DNA of 64,000 nt from Elusimicrobiales bacterium. Its GTDB lineage: Bacteria > Elusimicrobiota > Elusimicrobia > Elusimicrobiales > UBA9959. The stretch spans positions 11,268-75,267 of the forward strand of contig JAQTZB010000012.1 in assembly GCA_028688015.1 (NCBI GenBank), written 5' to 3'. Shown one piece after another: positions 10,087-17,779 of the stretch (position 1 is the first letter of the stretch; each line of letters opens with the position of its first letter). Under the pieces are notes generated by a model. That model was not told where the DNA came from. It saw nothing but the letters and a program-made list of their open reading frames with translations, and made no database searches. Both the position numbers and the translations under genes were made by a program.

Positions 10087-11127
10087 CTAAGCCTTTGATT
10101 TTGAATACACGGCGTGCTGAGCCCCGGCGAGGGCGCAGGCGGGAGCGTTCGGGGCCAGGACATTTCCCTCTTCCAGCAGGCTGATGCCGGGGCAGCGGCT
10201 GCACCAGGCGGCGTCCGCGCAGCCGGCGCAGCCGGCCAGGTCCGCCACAGTCAAGGACCGCCAGCGCTTCAGCCAGGGTGCGCTTTTCCAAAGCCCGGAG
10301 AAACTCCGGCGGGTTAAATTACCGAGCCTGACCGGCAGTTGCAGGCAAGGATACAGGTTGCCGGCCGGGTCCACGGCGCAGACATTTCGGCCGGCGCCGC
10401 AAATGAAATCTCCGGGGCCGGGCGGCAGGGGGGCCGCGGCCGGGGCCGGGCCGGCTATCAGTTTTACGGCCTTGCCTAGGGCGGCGCTGGACAGGCGCAG
10501 CGGCAGGGCGGCCCGGCCGCCGTCGTTGGCCGGGGCGATCACCGGGTCAAAAGAGAGACCGAAACCTTCTTTCTTCGCAAGCTCTTTCAACCAGCCTGCG
10601 TGCCCCGCGTTGGCGGTCATCAGCGGGACTTTCATCTTCACTTTTACCCCGGCGCCCGCCAGCAACCGGGCGGCGGCCAAACTGCGCGAGAAGGAGCCGC
10701 GCAGGCCGGTCACCCCGTCGTGGACGGAGGGCCCGCCGTAAAAACTTATTTCGAAGCCGGAAACTCCCGCGGCGGAGAGCTCGCGCGCCAGCCCGCGGGT
10801 GAGGCCCAGGCCCGTGGAAAAGATCCTCACGTCGAAATTGAGCGCCCTGGCCCGGCGGCACAGGTCGGCCAGGTCGGGCCTCAGCAGCGGCTCGCCGCCG
10901 GTGAAGACCAGGTACAACCCGCCGGCGCGGGCCAATTTATCAAGTATTTTCCCCCACCCGGCGGCGGACAGCTCCCTGCCGGGCCGGGCGCGGCCGAGCG
11001 TCTCGGGCAGGTAGCAATGGCGGCAGGACAGCGGGCAGCGGCGGGTCAGTTCTATGGTGACGGAAACCGGGATGTTCTTTTCGACGGTAACGGCGTTAAG
11101 CCGCGCGGAGGGCGTGCAGTCAGGCAT
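10087..11127 (-). CDS. Radical SAM / SPASM-domain peptide-modifying enzyme.
   Basis: CPLSCRHC (CX3CX2C) near the N-terminus and FTGGEPLL SAM-binding motif. The C-terminal auxiliary-cluster Cys motifs CGAGRNVCAVDPAGNLYPC and CAGCADAAWCSRC are SPASM-like. Confidence 0.85.
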   Translation of the reverse strand: MPDCTPSARLNAVTVEKNIPVSVTIELTRRCPLSCRHCYLPETLGRARPGRELSAAGWGKILDKLARAGGLYLVFTGGEPLLRPDLADLCRRARALNFDVRIFSTGLGLTRGLARELSAAGVSGFEISFYGGPSVHDGVTGLRGSFSRSLAAARLLAGAGVKVKMKVPLMTANAGHAGWLKELAKKEGFGLSFDPVIAPANDGGRAALPLRLSSAALGKAVKLIAGPAPAAAPLPPGPGDFICGAGRNVCAVDPAGNLYPCLQLPVRLGNLTRRSFSGLWKSAPWLKRWRSLTVADLAGCAGCADAAWCSRCPGISLLEEGNVLAPNAPACALAGAQHAVYSKSKA

Positions 11128-11437
11128 TGAGGAAAGAGGCGAACCGGCGGCGCAGGGTAGAATAGACCCGCCCGGGCAGGCCGCGGGAGAGGGGCCCTCC
11201 CAGCGCGCGGCCCCTGATATCTGCCCAAGGCACCAAATGCGGTTCCAGCCGGCCTGCGTCGTCGGCCAGCCAGGCCCCGTCGGCCGAGGTTTTTATTACG
11301 CGGTGCAGCAGGGTGCGGCCCCGGTAAGAGTAGACCGCGCAATCTCCGGGCCGGAGCTTGCCGGGGCGCGCCAGCGCAAGTTCCCCGGGCTTGAAGACCG
11401 GGAGCATGCTGGAGCCCTCCAACCTGAAAGCCTTCAT
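11120..11437 (-). CDS. Small soluble S24/S26-type (LexA / signal peptidase I-like) serine peptidase.
   Basis: GSSMLP Ser motif at residues 8-13 and a candidate general-base Lys in LLHRVIK. 105 aa with no hydrophobic anchor. It starts 2 nt after the small peptide ORF stop and overlaps the rSAM start by 8 nt. Confidence 0.6.
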   Translation of the reverse strand: MKAFRLEGSSMLPVFKPGELALARPGKLRPGDCAVYSYRGRTLLHRVIKTSADGAWLADDAGRLEPHLVPWADIRGRALGGPLSRGLPGRVYSTLRRRFASFLNA

Positions 11438-11439
11438 GC

Positions 11440-11583
11440 TCAGGAAAACTTCTTAAGGGTCTTGCAGGCCAGCTGGCTGATGGGGCCCGTAATGCATTTG
11501 CCGCAGGCCAGCGCGGCGGTCTCAAAGACCTTCTCCGTCTTCATCTTCGGTTTCTCGTAGGTTTTTTTCTTTTTTTCGGTCAT
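11440..11583 (-). CDS. Unlisted 47-aa ORF; candidate RiPP precursor peptide.
   Basis: Hand translation: MTEKKKKTYEKPKMKTEKVFETAALACGKCITGPISQLACKTLKKFS*. Its ATG overlaps the PqqD TGA (ATGA). GAGG lies 7 nt upstream. It has a Lys-rich leader-like half and a three-Cys C-terminal half. It is below the ORF-track length cutoff. Confidence 0.55.
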   Translation of the reverse strand: MTEKKKKTYEKPKMKTEKVFETAALACGKCITGPISQLACKTLKKFS

Positions 11584-11846
11584 TTTGTCGCCTCGATAAG
11601 CCCCGCGGCCATTAATTCCTTAACAAAGCCGTTCAGGTCCGCCCTGGCGGTCTTTTCGTTGACTTCGTATTCGGCTGTCAGCGCCGAAAGCAGGCCCCGC
11701 TCTCCGTCCCCGCGGACCAGGCCCTCCCAGATGACGGAGGCCGGGCCGTTGAGTTCCCGCATTTCGGAGCGGGCCGCGTCCACTATGTAGACCTCGCCGG
11801 CTATGCGCCGGAAAGCGAGGCCTTTCTTGATCTTGTATGGCATCAA
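11580..11846 (-). CDS. PqqD family protein (RiPP recognition element-like peptide chaperone).
   Basis: 88 aa. The ...YIVDAARSEMRELNGPASVIWEGL...LLSALTAEYEVNEKTARADLNGFVKELMAAGLI pattern is typical of PqqD. 4-nt overlap with the upstream kinase-like gene. Confidence 0.8.
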   Translation of the reverse strand: MMPYKIKKGLAFRRIAGEVYIVDAARSEMRELNGPASVIWEGLVRGDGERGLLSALTAEYEVNEKTARADLNGFVKELMAAGLIEATK

Positions 11847-12661
11847 ATGAGCTCCAGGAAACCGCAGTCCGCTTTGGAAAACTCCAGGCGCCTGAATTCG
11901 GCTCGCGCCAACAACGCCGCCCCGTTCCCCAGCGCCAGCGCCGCAGCCGCCGGCGACCTTTCGAAATTTACCGCGCAGCGCAGCAGCAACCGCAGGGCTT
12001 CACCCCGGCCGCACGACGCCGTCGCGTTACAGCGCGCCTTGGCCAGCAGAAAGATACCGCCCAGCGGCCAGGAACCGGGGCGCCCGTCCGCGCGCATCTC
12101 CCCCCAGAAAGGGGAGCCGTGCACCCGGTAGCCGCCCTTGCCGGGCAGGACCAGATTTATCTCGTCGCTGATCACTTCGCAGCCGGCGGCCGCGCCCAGC
12201 CGGGAAATGGTGGACTTGCCAGCCCCGGACTTACCCAAGAACAAGCAGGCCCGCCCGTTCTTCAGCAGCCCGGCGGAATGCAGCATAAAACCACCTGACC
12301 GCAGGAGTTGGAAACTTATGAAAGAGCGCAGAAAGGCGTCCAGGGTTTGCTCGCTCGGGGCCGCCACCAGCTCCCCGCGGCCGGTGCGAATGTCCAGGCC
12401 GGCCTGAAAGTCCCCCCGCTCCAGCGTGAGGGCCCGCCCCTCCAGTTTAACAGCCGGCCTGAACGGGTTTTGCAGGCGCGGCCCCCTGACGACGTTAAAA
12501 CTGCAGCCGGTTTTCCCCTTTGCCGCGAAACGGGCGTACCTGCCGCTCAAAATATTAATGATACCCGGCGCATCCGATTTAAAGTACAGGTTTAAACCGG
12601 CAATGGCAAGCCCGTAGGCAGCGGCGCGGCCGGGCGCCTTCAAGGCAGCCATGCCGGCCAT
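11843..12661 (-). CDS. HPr kinase-related P-loop protein (HprK-related kinase family).
   Basis: FMLHSAGLLKNGRACLFLGKSGAGKST matches the HprK C-terminal domain P-loop context. Its start overlaps the stop of the upstream pilin-operon gene. Confidence 0.7.
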   Translation of the reverse strand: MAGMAALKAPGRAAAYGLAIAGLNLYFKSDAPGIINILSGRYARFAAKGKTGCSFNVVRGPRLQNPFRPAVKLEGRALTLERGDFQAGLDIRTGRGELVAAPSEQTLDAFLRSFISFQLLRSGGFMLHSAGLLKNGRACLFLGKSGAGKSTISRLGAAAGCEVISDEINLVLPGKGGYRVHGSPFWGEMRADGRPGSWPLGGIFLLAKARCNATASCGRGEALRLLLRCAVNFERSPAAAALALGNGAALLARAEFRRLEFSKADCGFLELI

Positions 12662-13926
12662 GTCTGCCTGCTATCCAGCCAGGACTGCCGCGTAAGGCGG
12701 ACGTCCGTGGTTAGTATCTGCTTGGCCGCCTCGTCCGTGTAGAAGAAGCAGATATTATTAGAACCGAGCGTTACCGTGCCCACCACGTAGGCCGCTCCCA
12801 CGAATATGCTCTGGCCGGCGCCGCCGCCGGTGGTGATGTTGCCGCCCACGTAGATAAAGCCGTTAGTGATGGCCTTGCCGCTGGTGACGGTCATGGTAAT
12901 GTTCTCGTCCGACCGGTAGCTGTCGTTGATGCCCGGGAAATCATCCGGCAGGCTGGGCGTGGTATCGTTCCAACTCTCCCCGCAGGCCGGCCCGCCGTCC
13001 TTATAATAATCCCAGTCGTTGCCGTACTGCTTCCAGGCGGTGCGCGGCATTTTAATAGTGGGCGACCCCTGGCCGGAGCGGCCGTTGGGAAGGTTCAGGT
13101 TGCCGGTGATGATCAGGTTGCCTCCCACATAAATGCCGTTGGACTTTACGGTGAGGTCCCCTTCTATGAAATAGGTTTTGCCGGTGTTGCATTTGACGGC
13201 GTTGTCGCACTTGGAGCCGGGGCCGCTGCCCCATGTCTGCGAACTGCCGTAATAAGTGCCGTCGAGCGTGGCCGAACTCCTGTAAGCGTCGATATCTATG
13301 CTGGAGGCCTGCGGGATGCCGGGATAATAACTCCACCACTGCACCGAATCCGTATTGGGCGGGGAGGCGCTGGTATCCTTGCCTATGATGGACGAAGCGC
13401 TGTAGAACTGCGGGTGGTTGCGATTGTTGGAATCTATGGAGCCGGGCGCCAGCACGCTGCCCCATTCCACCTGCTCGTTGGAGCCCGAGAGGCTGACGCC
13501 CTGCAGCGACCGGATGGCGTTCTGGCTGATGGCGGCATTAGCGTAAACCACCTTGAGGGCCCTGGCCTCCCGGGACTGCTTGTCCCGCCCGACGGCCAGG
13601 ATGGTAGCCTGTTCCAGGTCCGGGCCGCTGGAGATGGAGATGGTATACGTGCCGCCTGGCAGGTCGCTGTAGACGGCGTCGAAATTAAAACCGGCGAGGG
13701 GCAGGCCGTCTTTAACGGCTTTCCAGGTAGAGGTGGACTCCACCAGCTTCTGGTAGGCCCGGTCCACGGCGCCCTCCGCCAGCTGGAAGGCATTGGAATT
13801 CTGCGCCTGCTTTTCGCTCCATTTCACCTCGTTCTGGATGTACTTCACCATAGCCGGCACCACTATAGCCAGCACCACCAGCATGGCGATAACGCCCAGC
13901 AGCAGCTGCCCTTTCCTGTTCTTCAT
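12640..13926 (-). CDS. PilX-like / pilus-associated protein with an N-terminal membrane anchor and a beta-helix-like C-terminal region.
   Basis: MKNRKGQLLLGVIAMLVVLAIVVPAM... N-terminus resembles the PilX N-terminal domain and has no Glu5. Gly/Asn-rich repeats follow: GGNLIITGNLNLPNG, GGNITTGGGAGQ. Its start shares 1 nt with the upstream pilin's stop codon. Confidence 0.5.
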   Translation of the reverse strand: MKNRKGQLLLGVIAMLVVLAIVVPAMVKYIQNEVKWSEKQAQNSNAFQLAEGAVDRAYQKLVESTSTWKAVKDGLPLAGFNFDAVYSDLPGGTYTISISSGPDLEQATILAVGRDKQSREARALKVVYANAAISQNAIRSLQGVSLSGSNEQVEWGSVLAPGSIDSNNRNHPQFYSASSIIGKDTSASPPNTDSVQWWSYYPGIPQASSIDIDAYRSSATLDGTYYGSSQTWGSGPGSKCDNAVKCNTGKTYFIEGDLTVKSNGIYVGGNLIITGNLNLPNGRSGQGSPTIKMPRTAWKQYGNDWDYYKDGGPACGESWNDTTPSLPDDFPGINDSYRSDENITMTVTSGKAITNGFIYVGGNITTGGGAGQSIFVGAAYVVGTVTLGSNNICFFYTDEAAKQILTTDVRLTRQSWLDSRQTWPAWLP

Positions 13927-14432
13927 CAGTTCATTATCCTCACTTTTTGGATGGAAAGCTGCAGGGCCTTCTTGCCGCCGCGGTAAGTGGGCGACTGCAT
14001 GGTCATGGCTATCGAAATAATGCTGGTGTCGTCGGTCCTGGGGTAGGTGAAGGCGATGTAGGCCAGATTGGAGGACAGCACCCTGACATTTCCGTTATTG
14101 TTCATGTACAAGTCCTTGCCGTTTTGGTAAAAGTACATGACCACGTCTTCGCCGGACGCGTTGACATAGTTGAATTTCAGCCGCGACAGCGGCGGCTGGC
14201 CAGGGGCGTTGTCGATCACGACCGTGGCGGCCTGGGCCTGCCGGGTGAAGCGGTTCATCATGTCCAGCGAGGTGCGGACGTCGCGCTGGATAGCGTAGCG
14301 CGCCGAAGTGAGCCGCCAGAAGTTGGTGATCTGCATCATCATCGGGGCGGCCACCGTTGTCAGGATGCCGAGGATGGCCACCGTGATCATCAGCTCGACG
14401 AGCGTATAGCCACGTTTTTTAGGGCCTACCAT
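13926..14432 (-). CDS. Prepilin-type N-terminal cleavage/methylation domain protein (minor pilin / pseudopilin).
   Basis: MVGPKKRG|YTLVELMITVAILGILTTVAAP shows the class III signal: Gly at -1, Glu at +5, then a hydrophobic helix. Confidence 0.8.
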   Translation of the reverse strand: MVGPKKRGYTLVELMITVAILGILTTVAAPMMMQITNFWRLTSARYAIQRDVRTSLDMMNRFTRQAQAATVVIDNAPGQPPLSRLKFNYVNASGEDVVMYFYQNGKDLYMNNNGNVRVLSSNLAYIAFTYPRTDDTSIISIAMTMQSPTYRGGKKALQLSIQKVRIMN

Positions 14433-16924
14433 GCGAAGTCCCTCGTGGCGGTACCGCCCGCGTTGACATAAACTCCGGTGCTGGTCCTGGAGGTATAGGT
14501 CACCGCGCCGCTGTTGGCGTTGACCACCGGGTAATAGGCCCTCATGTTATAGGGCGTAGTGGTGCTGGACCTGACCTCCAGGCTATATGTACCGTCGGCC
14601 TGGCTGGAAGCGGAATAATAAATGATTTCAGAAGCGGAAGTGGCGGCGGCTATGGACGGCAAAGGGTCGCTGACGGTGCCCGTGCTGGCCACCACCAGCA
14701 CGCCGGTGGTGACGGCAACGCTGCTGGCCACCACGGTGCCGGTAATGGTGCCCAGGGCCCCCACAATGGTTATGGTGCCGGTAAAAACGGTGCTGCCCGG
14801 CACGGCCATGTCGGCCTCCAGGGGCGTGGTCGGCAGGGAAGTATAGCTTTGCAGCGGGTCGAGGACTGGGTTTATGGTATACGCCACCGCGGAGGTAGCC
14901 GCGTAAATATAGAAGTGGCCGGTGCTGTCGCTGGTATCCTCGTAAACCGGCCCGCCGTTGGTGGCCTGCACCACCACGTTAGGAAGGACCCCGGTGCCAG
15001 AGGTGACGTAGCCGGTTAGATACCCACCCTGGGCGATATGGAAATCCGGGACCTGGGTAATACCGCCAAGCGGTATGTCCACTTCCGCGTCTACGCTCTG
15101 GTAGCTGCCGTTGGCAGAGCCATAATTAGCCGTGATGGTCACCAGGCCGGTGCTGAGGAACAGCATGTAAAAACCCTGGCTGTCGGTGTTGGCGGTCACT
15201 CCGCCGGCGCCGACCTTGATGGAAGGATTGCCCAGGGGCCGATACTGGTCCGGGCCGCTGCCGAAAACGTAGCCGGTGGCTATGCCTCCCGGCACGGTGG
15301 TGGAAAGGACCAGGGTGCCGACGTCCTTGTTCTGCCCGGCGGCGATATACAGGCCGGCGCTGGAGTTGAAAACCGTGTAAGAGGCCACAGTCACGGTCCA
15401 GGTGCTGACGGTATTCAGCGCGGCGCAGGTCGCCACGTTGGTGAGGTAGAAGTACCCGGTTGCCGAGACCAGCGCCGACGAGGAAAGCCCGTCGTTAACG
15501 GTGACTATGCCCCCGGCCGCGGGGGTCCCGGTGACGGCGGTCTCCTGGGTGGCGGAGTTTCTGGGCGGGTAGATGACCGAGGACAACACGTAGAAATCCG
15601 TATTATTGTTATTGGCGTCGTAGGCCCGGCCCGAGCCGGAGGCCAGCATGGAGGCGTGGGACTTGCGGATGAACTGCTCGCTGAGCTGCAGGCCCGTGAA
15701 CTGGTCTATGGGTTCCCCTTCGCCGCCGAAAGAGTTGCCGCCGGTTTTCCAGGCCACCTTGTCCAGGGCCTGCGAGAGCGCCAGGTCCACCAGCGACACC
15801 TCGGCGGCGTCGTTGCCGGGATCGGTGTTGATCTTGATGATGTTCGGGAAATTCGGGTTGCTGTTGCTGAAGACCGCGTCGGCGGCGCGCGTGGTGCCGC
15901 CGGCCTCTATGGAGGCCGCGTTGGCGAAAAGATAATAGCGCTGCGGGCCCAGGGTCAGGGTAGCGTAGTCGTTGGTAATGAGCAGGGCGGGCTGGGTGTT
16001 GATCTTATAGCCCAGGCCCACGAGCCCCGAGTTCAGGCCGGTGGCCATGGTCCAGGTCCAGGTAGTGGGATTATAGACCTCTATCCATTCCTGGGAAAAG
16101 CCGGCGACGGTCACGGAGGCGCCCACCACCTGGGAGATGACGAGGTGGTCGCGGATGTAAGCCAGGCCGGAGACGCTGCCGGTGGCTATCTTCATCAGGG
16201 AAAAGTTATAAGTGGTATACGCCCCGGCCGTTACGGAGAGGGTGGGGCTCATGGTGGAATAATAAACGTCGCTGGAGCAGACCAGGGTGTACGTGCCCGG
16301 GGCCACCTGAAAACTGTAATTACCCGAGGCGTCGCTTGTAGCGCGCCACTTGGGCGCCCCCATCACCTGCACCAACGCATCGCCCACTGGCACCGCCGAA
16401 GCGCCGGGTGTGTAGGAGATCTGCCCCCTGAAGCCGGCGTTGAGCATCTCGGTGTTGGGGTTCTCGTAATAGCTGCTGAACTGCACCTTTTTGGGTTCCC
16501 CGCCCTCCGACCACATCACCGTTACCGTTATCCGCTTCATGCCGGGGTCCTCGTCCGTGGGCAGCAGGGGCGTAGGCACCGAACCGTTGAGCGTGATGTA
16601 TTCTACTTTCACCACCCGGGTAAGCGCCGGCATGCCCCAAAGCGTTATGGTCTGCGGGGGATAGGTGGTGGAGTCGTAAGTGAAATTGGGTGAGAAGCCG
16701 CTGCTTGGCAAAGTTTCCGTGGTGACCTGCAACTGATAATAAGACTTGTTCTTGAGCACCTCCATCTTTTCCTGGGCCAGATTGATGGCAATGGTCTTGA
16801 TGCGGGACTGCGTCATAGCCCTGTTGATGAACTTAAAGGCGCCCATACCCCCCACCACACCGACGGTCAGGATCGTGACGGCAATCATCAGTTCTGTAAG
16901 GCTGACGCCTTTTCGTTTTGACAT
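14426..16924 (-). CDS. 832-aa pilin-like fusion: prepilin N-terminus, PilV/GspI-like region, CarboxypepD_reg-like beta-sandwiches and a lamin-tail-like domain.
   Basis: MSKRKG|VSLTELMIAVTILTVG has Gly at -1 and Glu at +5. SGNYSFQVAPGTYTLVCS-type modules are present. The QEWIEVYNPT signature resembles lamin tail domains. The ORF track extends to 17044, so alternative upstream starts are possible. Confidence 0.7.
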   Translation of the reverse strand: MSKRKGVSLTELMIAVTILTVGVVGGMGAFKFINRAMTQSRIKTIAINLAQEKMEVLKNKSYYQLQVTTETLPSSGFSPNFTYDSTTYPPQTITLWGMPALTRVVKVEYITLNGSVPTPLLPTDEDPGMKRITVTVMWSEGGEPKKVQFSSYYENPNTEMLNAGFRGQISYTPGASAVPVGDALVQVMGAPKWRATSDASGNYSFQVAPGTYTLVCSSDVYYSTMSPTLSVTAGAYTTYNFSLMKIATGSVSGLAYIRDHLVISQVVGASVTVAGFSQEWIEVYNPTTWTWTMATGLNSGLVGLGYKINTQPALLITNDYATLTLGPQRYYLFANAASIEAGGTTRAADAVFSNSNPNFPNIIKINTDPGNDAAEVSLVDLALSQALDKVAWKTGGNSFGGEGEPIDQFTGLQLSEQFIRKSHASMLASGSGRAYDANNNNTDFYVLSSVIYPPRNSATQETAVTGTPAAGGIVTVNDGLSSSALVSATGYFYLTNVATCAALNTVSTWTVTVASYTVFNSSAGLYIAAGQNKDVGTLVLSTTVPGGIATGYVFGSGPDQYRPLGNPSIKVGAGGVTANTDSQGFYMLFLSTGLVTITANYGSANGSYQSVDAEVDIPLGGITQVPDFHIAQGGYLTGYVTSGTGVLPNVVVQATNGGPVYEDTSDSTGHFYIYAATSAVAYTINPVLDPLQSYTSLPTTPLEADMAVPGSTVFTGTITIVGALGTITGTVVASSVAVTTGVLVVASTGTVSDPLPSIAAATSASEIIYYSASSQADGTYSLEVRSSTTTPYNMRAYYPVVNANSGAVTYTSRTSTGVYVNAGGTATRDFAW

Positions 16925-17059
16925 GCAGAAGCCAAAAACCGCGGCGCCGCGCGCTGCGGCGCGATCGTTCTTAGTGTTCATTCTTGCGGCGCCCATGCCA
17001 TAGCCTACCAGGCGGCGCGCCAAAAAACCGCAATTCCCCCTCAAATACTCCGCAAATCC

Positions 17060-17779
17060 TTACGGGTAGGACCCAGCGTCTTCCTCGGCCGGGGACGCTT
17101 CGGCCGGGGACGCTTCGGCCGCCGGCTCTTCGGCTGCGGGCGCTTCTTCTGCGGCCGGGGCGGGGGCGGCTTTAGGGGCCGCGCCTTTTTTGCGCTTCAC
17201 CAGCTTGCGCTTCGGGCCGGGTCTGGGGGCTTCCTTATCCACCATGGTCTGCCCGGCTTCCTCGCCGTCGGCGGGACCGGCTTCCGGGGCCGGCGCCTTC
17301 TTGCGCTTTAAGATCTTTCTTTTCTTCGCGGGCGCGGCGCCCTCTTCCGCGGCCCCGGCCGGCTGTTTCCTGGATTCTATCAATTCATCGAAGGACTCGC
17401 GCTGCTCGTCGTCAAGGTATTCGCGGACGGTGTCGGGCAGGTCGCGGGTCAGCTTGGCCATGGCGCGGCGCGCGTCGTTCATCTTGAAGCGCCACTTCTT
17501 TTCCTCGGCGGAGGTCTTCTCGAACTCCTTCATCAGCTTGTCGAACTCGACCGCTTTCTTGTTCATGGCGGCGGAGATGCGGTCCTCCTGCTTGGAGCTA
17601 AGACGCAGCGCGGTAGAGATCTCGGACATGATCTTCTGCGGGTTGGGCCTTGCCGGCGGCGGCGCGCCGATGTCCTCCAACTTCGCGGGCGGGGCATCCC
17701 CCAGCTCGGCGCCGGTCAGCTCCTGGCAGGTAGCGGCCGCGGGCAGGCAGAGCAGCGCCGCCAATATAAGCTTGTTCAT
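17060..17779 (-). CDS. Secreted coiled-coil protein with a Lys/Ala/Pro/Glu-rich tail (hypothetical).
   Basis: Internal start MNKLILAALLCLPAAATCQE is a signal peptide. The upstream part of ORF 17060..18424 is an out-of-frame shadow over the GT2 gene. 4-nt overlap with the GT2 stop. Confidence 0.6.
   Translation of the reverse strand: MNKLILAALLCLPAAATCQELTGAELGDAPPAKLEDIGAPPPARPNPQKIMSEISTALRLSSKQEDRISAAMNKKAVEFDKLMKEFEKTSAEEKKWRFKMNDARRAMAKLTRDLPDTVREYLDDEQRESFDELIESRKQPAGAAEEGAAPAKKRKILKRKKAPAPEAGPADGEEAGQTMVDKEAPRPGPKRKLVKRKKGAAPKAAPAPAAEEAPAAEEPAAEASPAEASPAEEDAGSYP

Noticed and set aside
16931-16965. GC hairpin (gcgccgc / gcggcgc) plus a short T-run just upstream of the pilin-fusion start. 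I considered it as a terminator or attenuator.
   Set aside because: The U-tract is separated from the stem by 5 nt. The region may be coding if an upstream start (up to 17044) is used. The evidence is insufficient.
17087-17146. 15-bp periodic direct repeats (ggccggggacgcttc x2 plus degenerate copies).
   Set aside because: They lie inside the coding sequence and simply encode the low-complexity AEASPAEASPAEE tail of the secreted protein.
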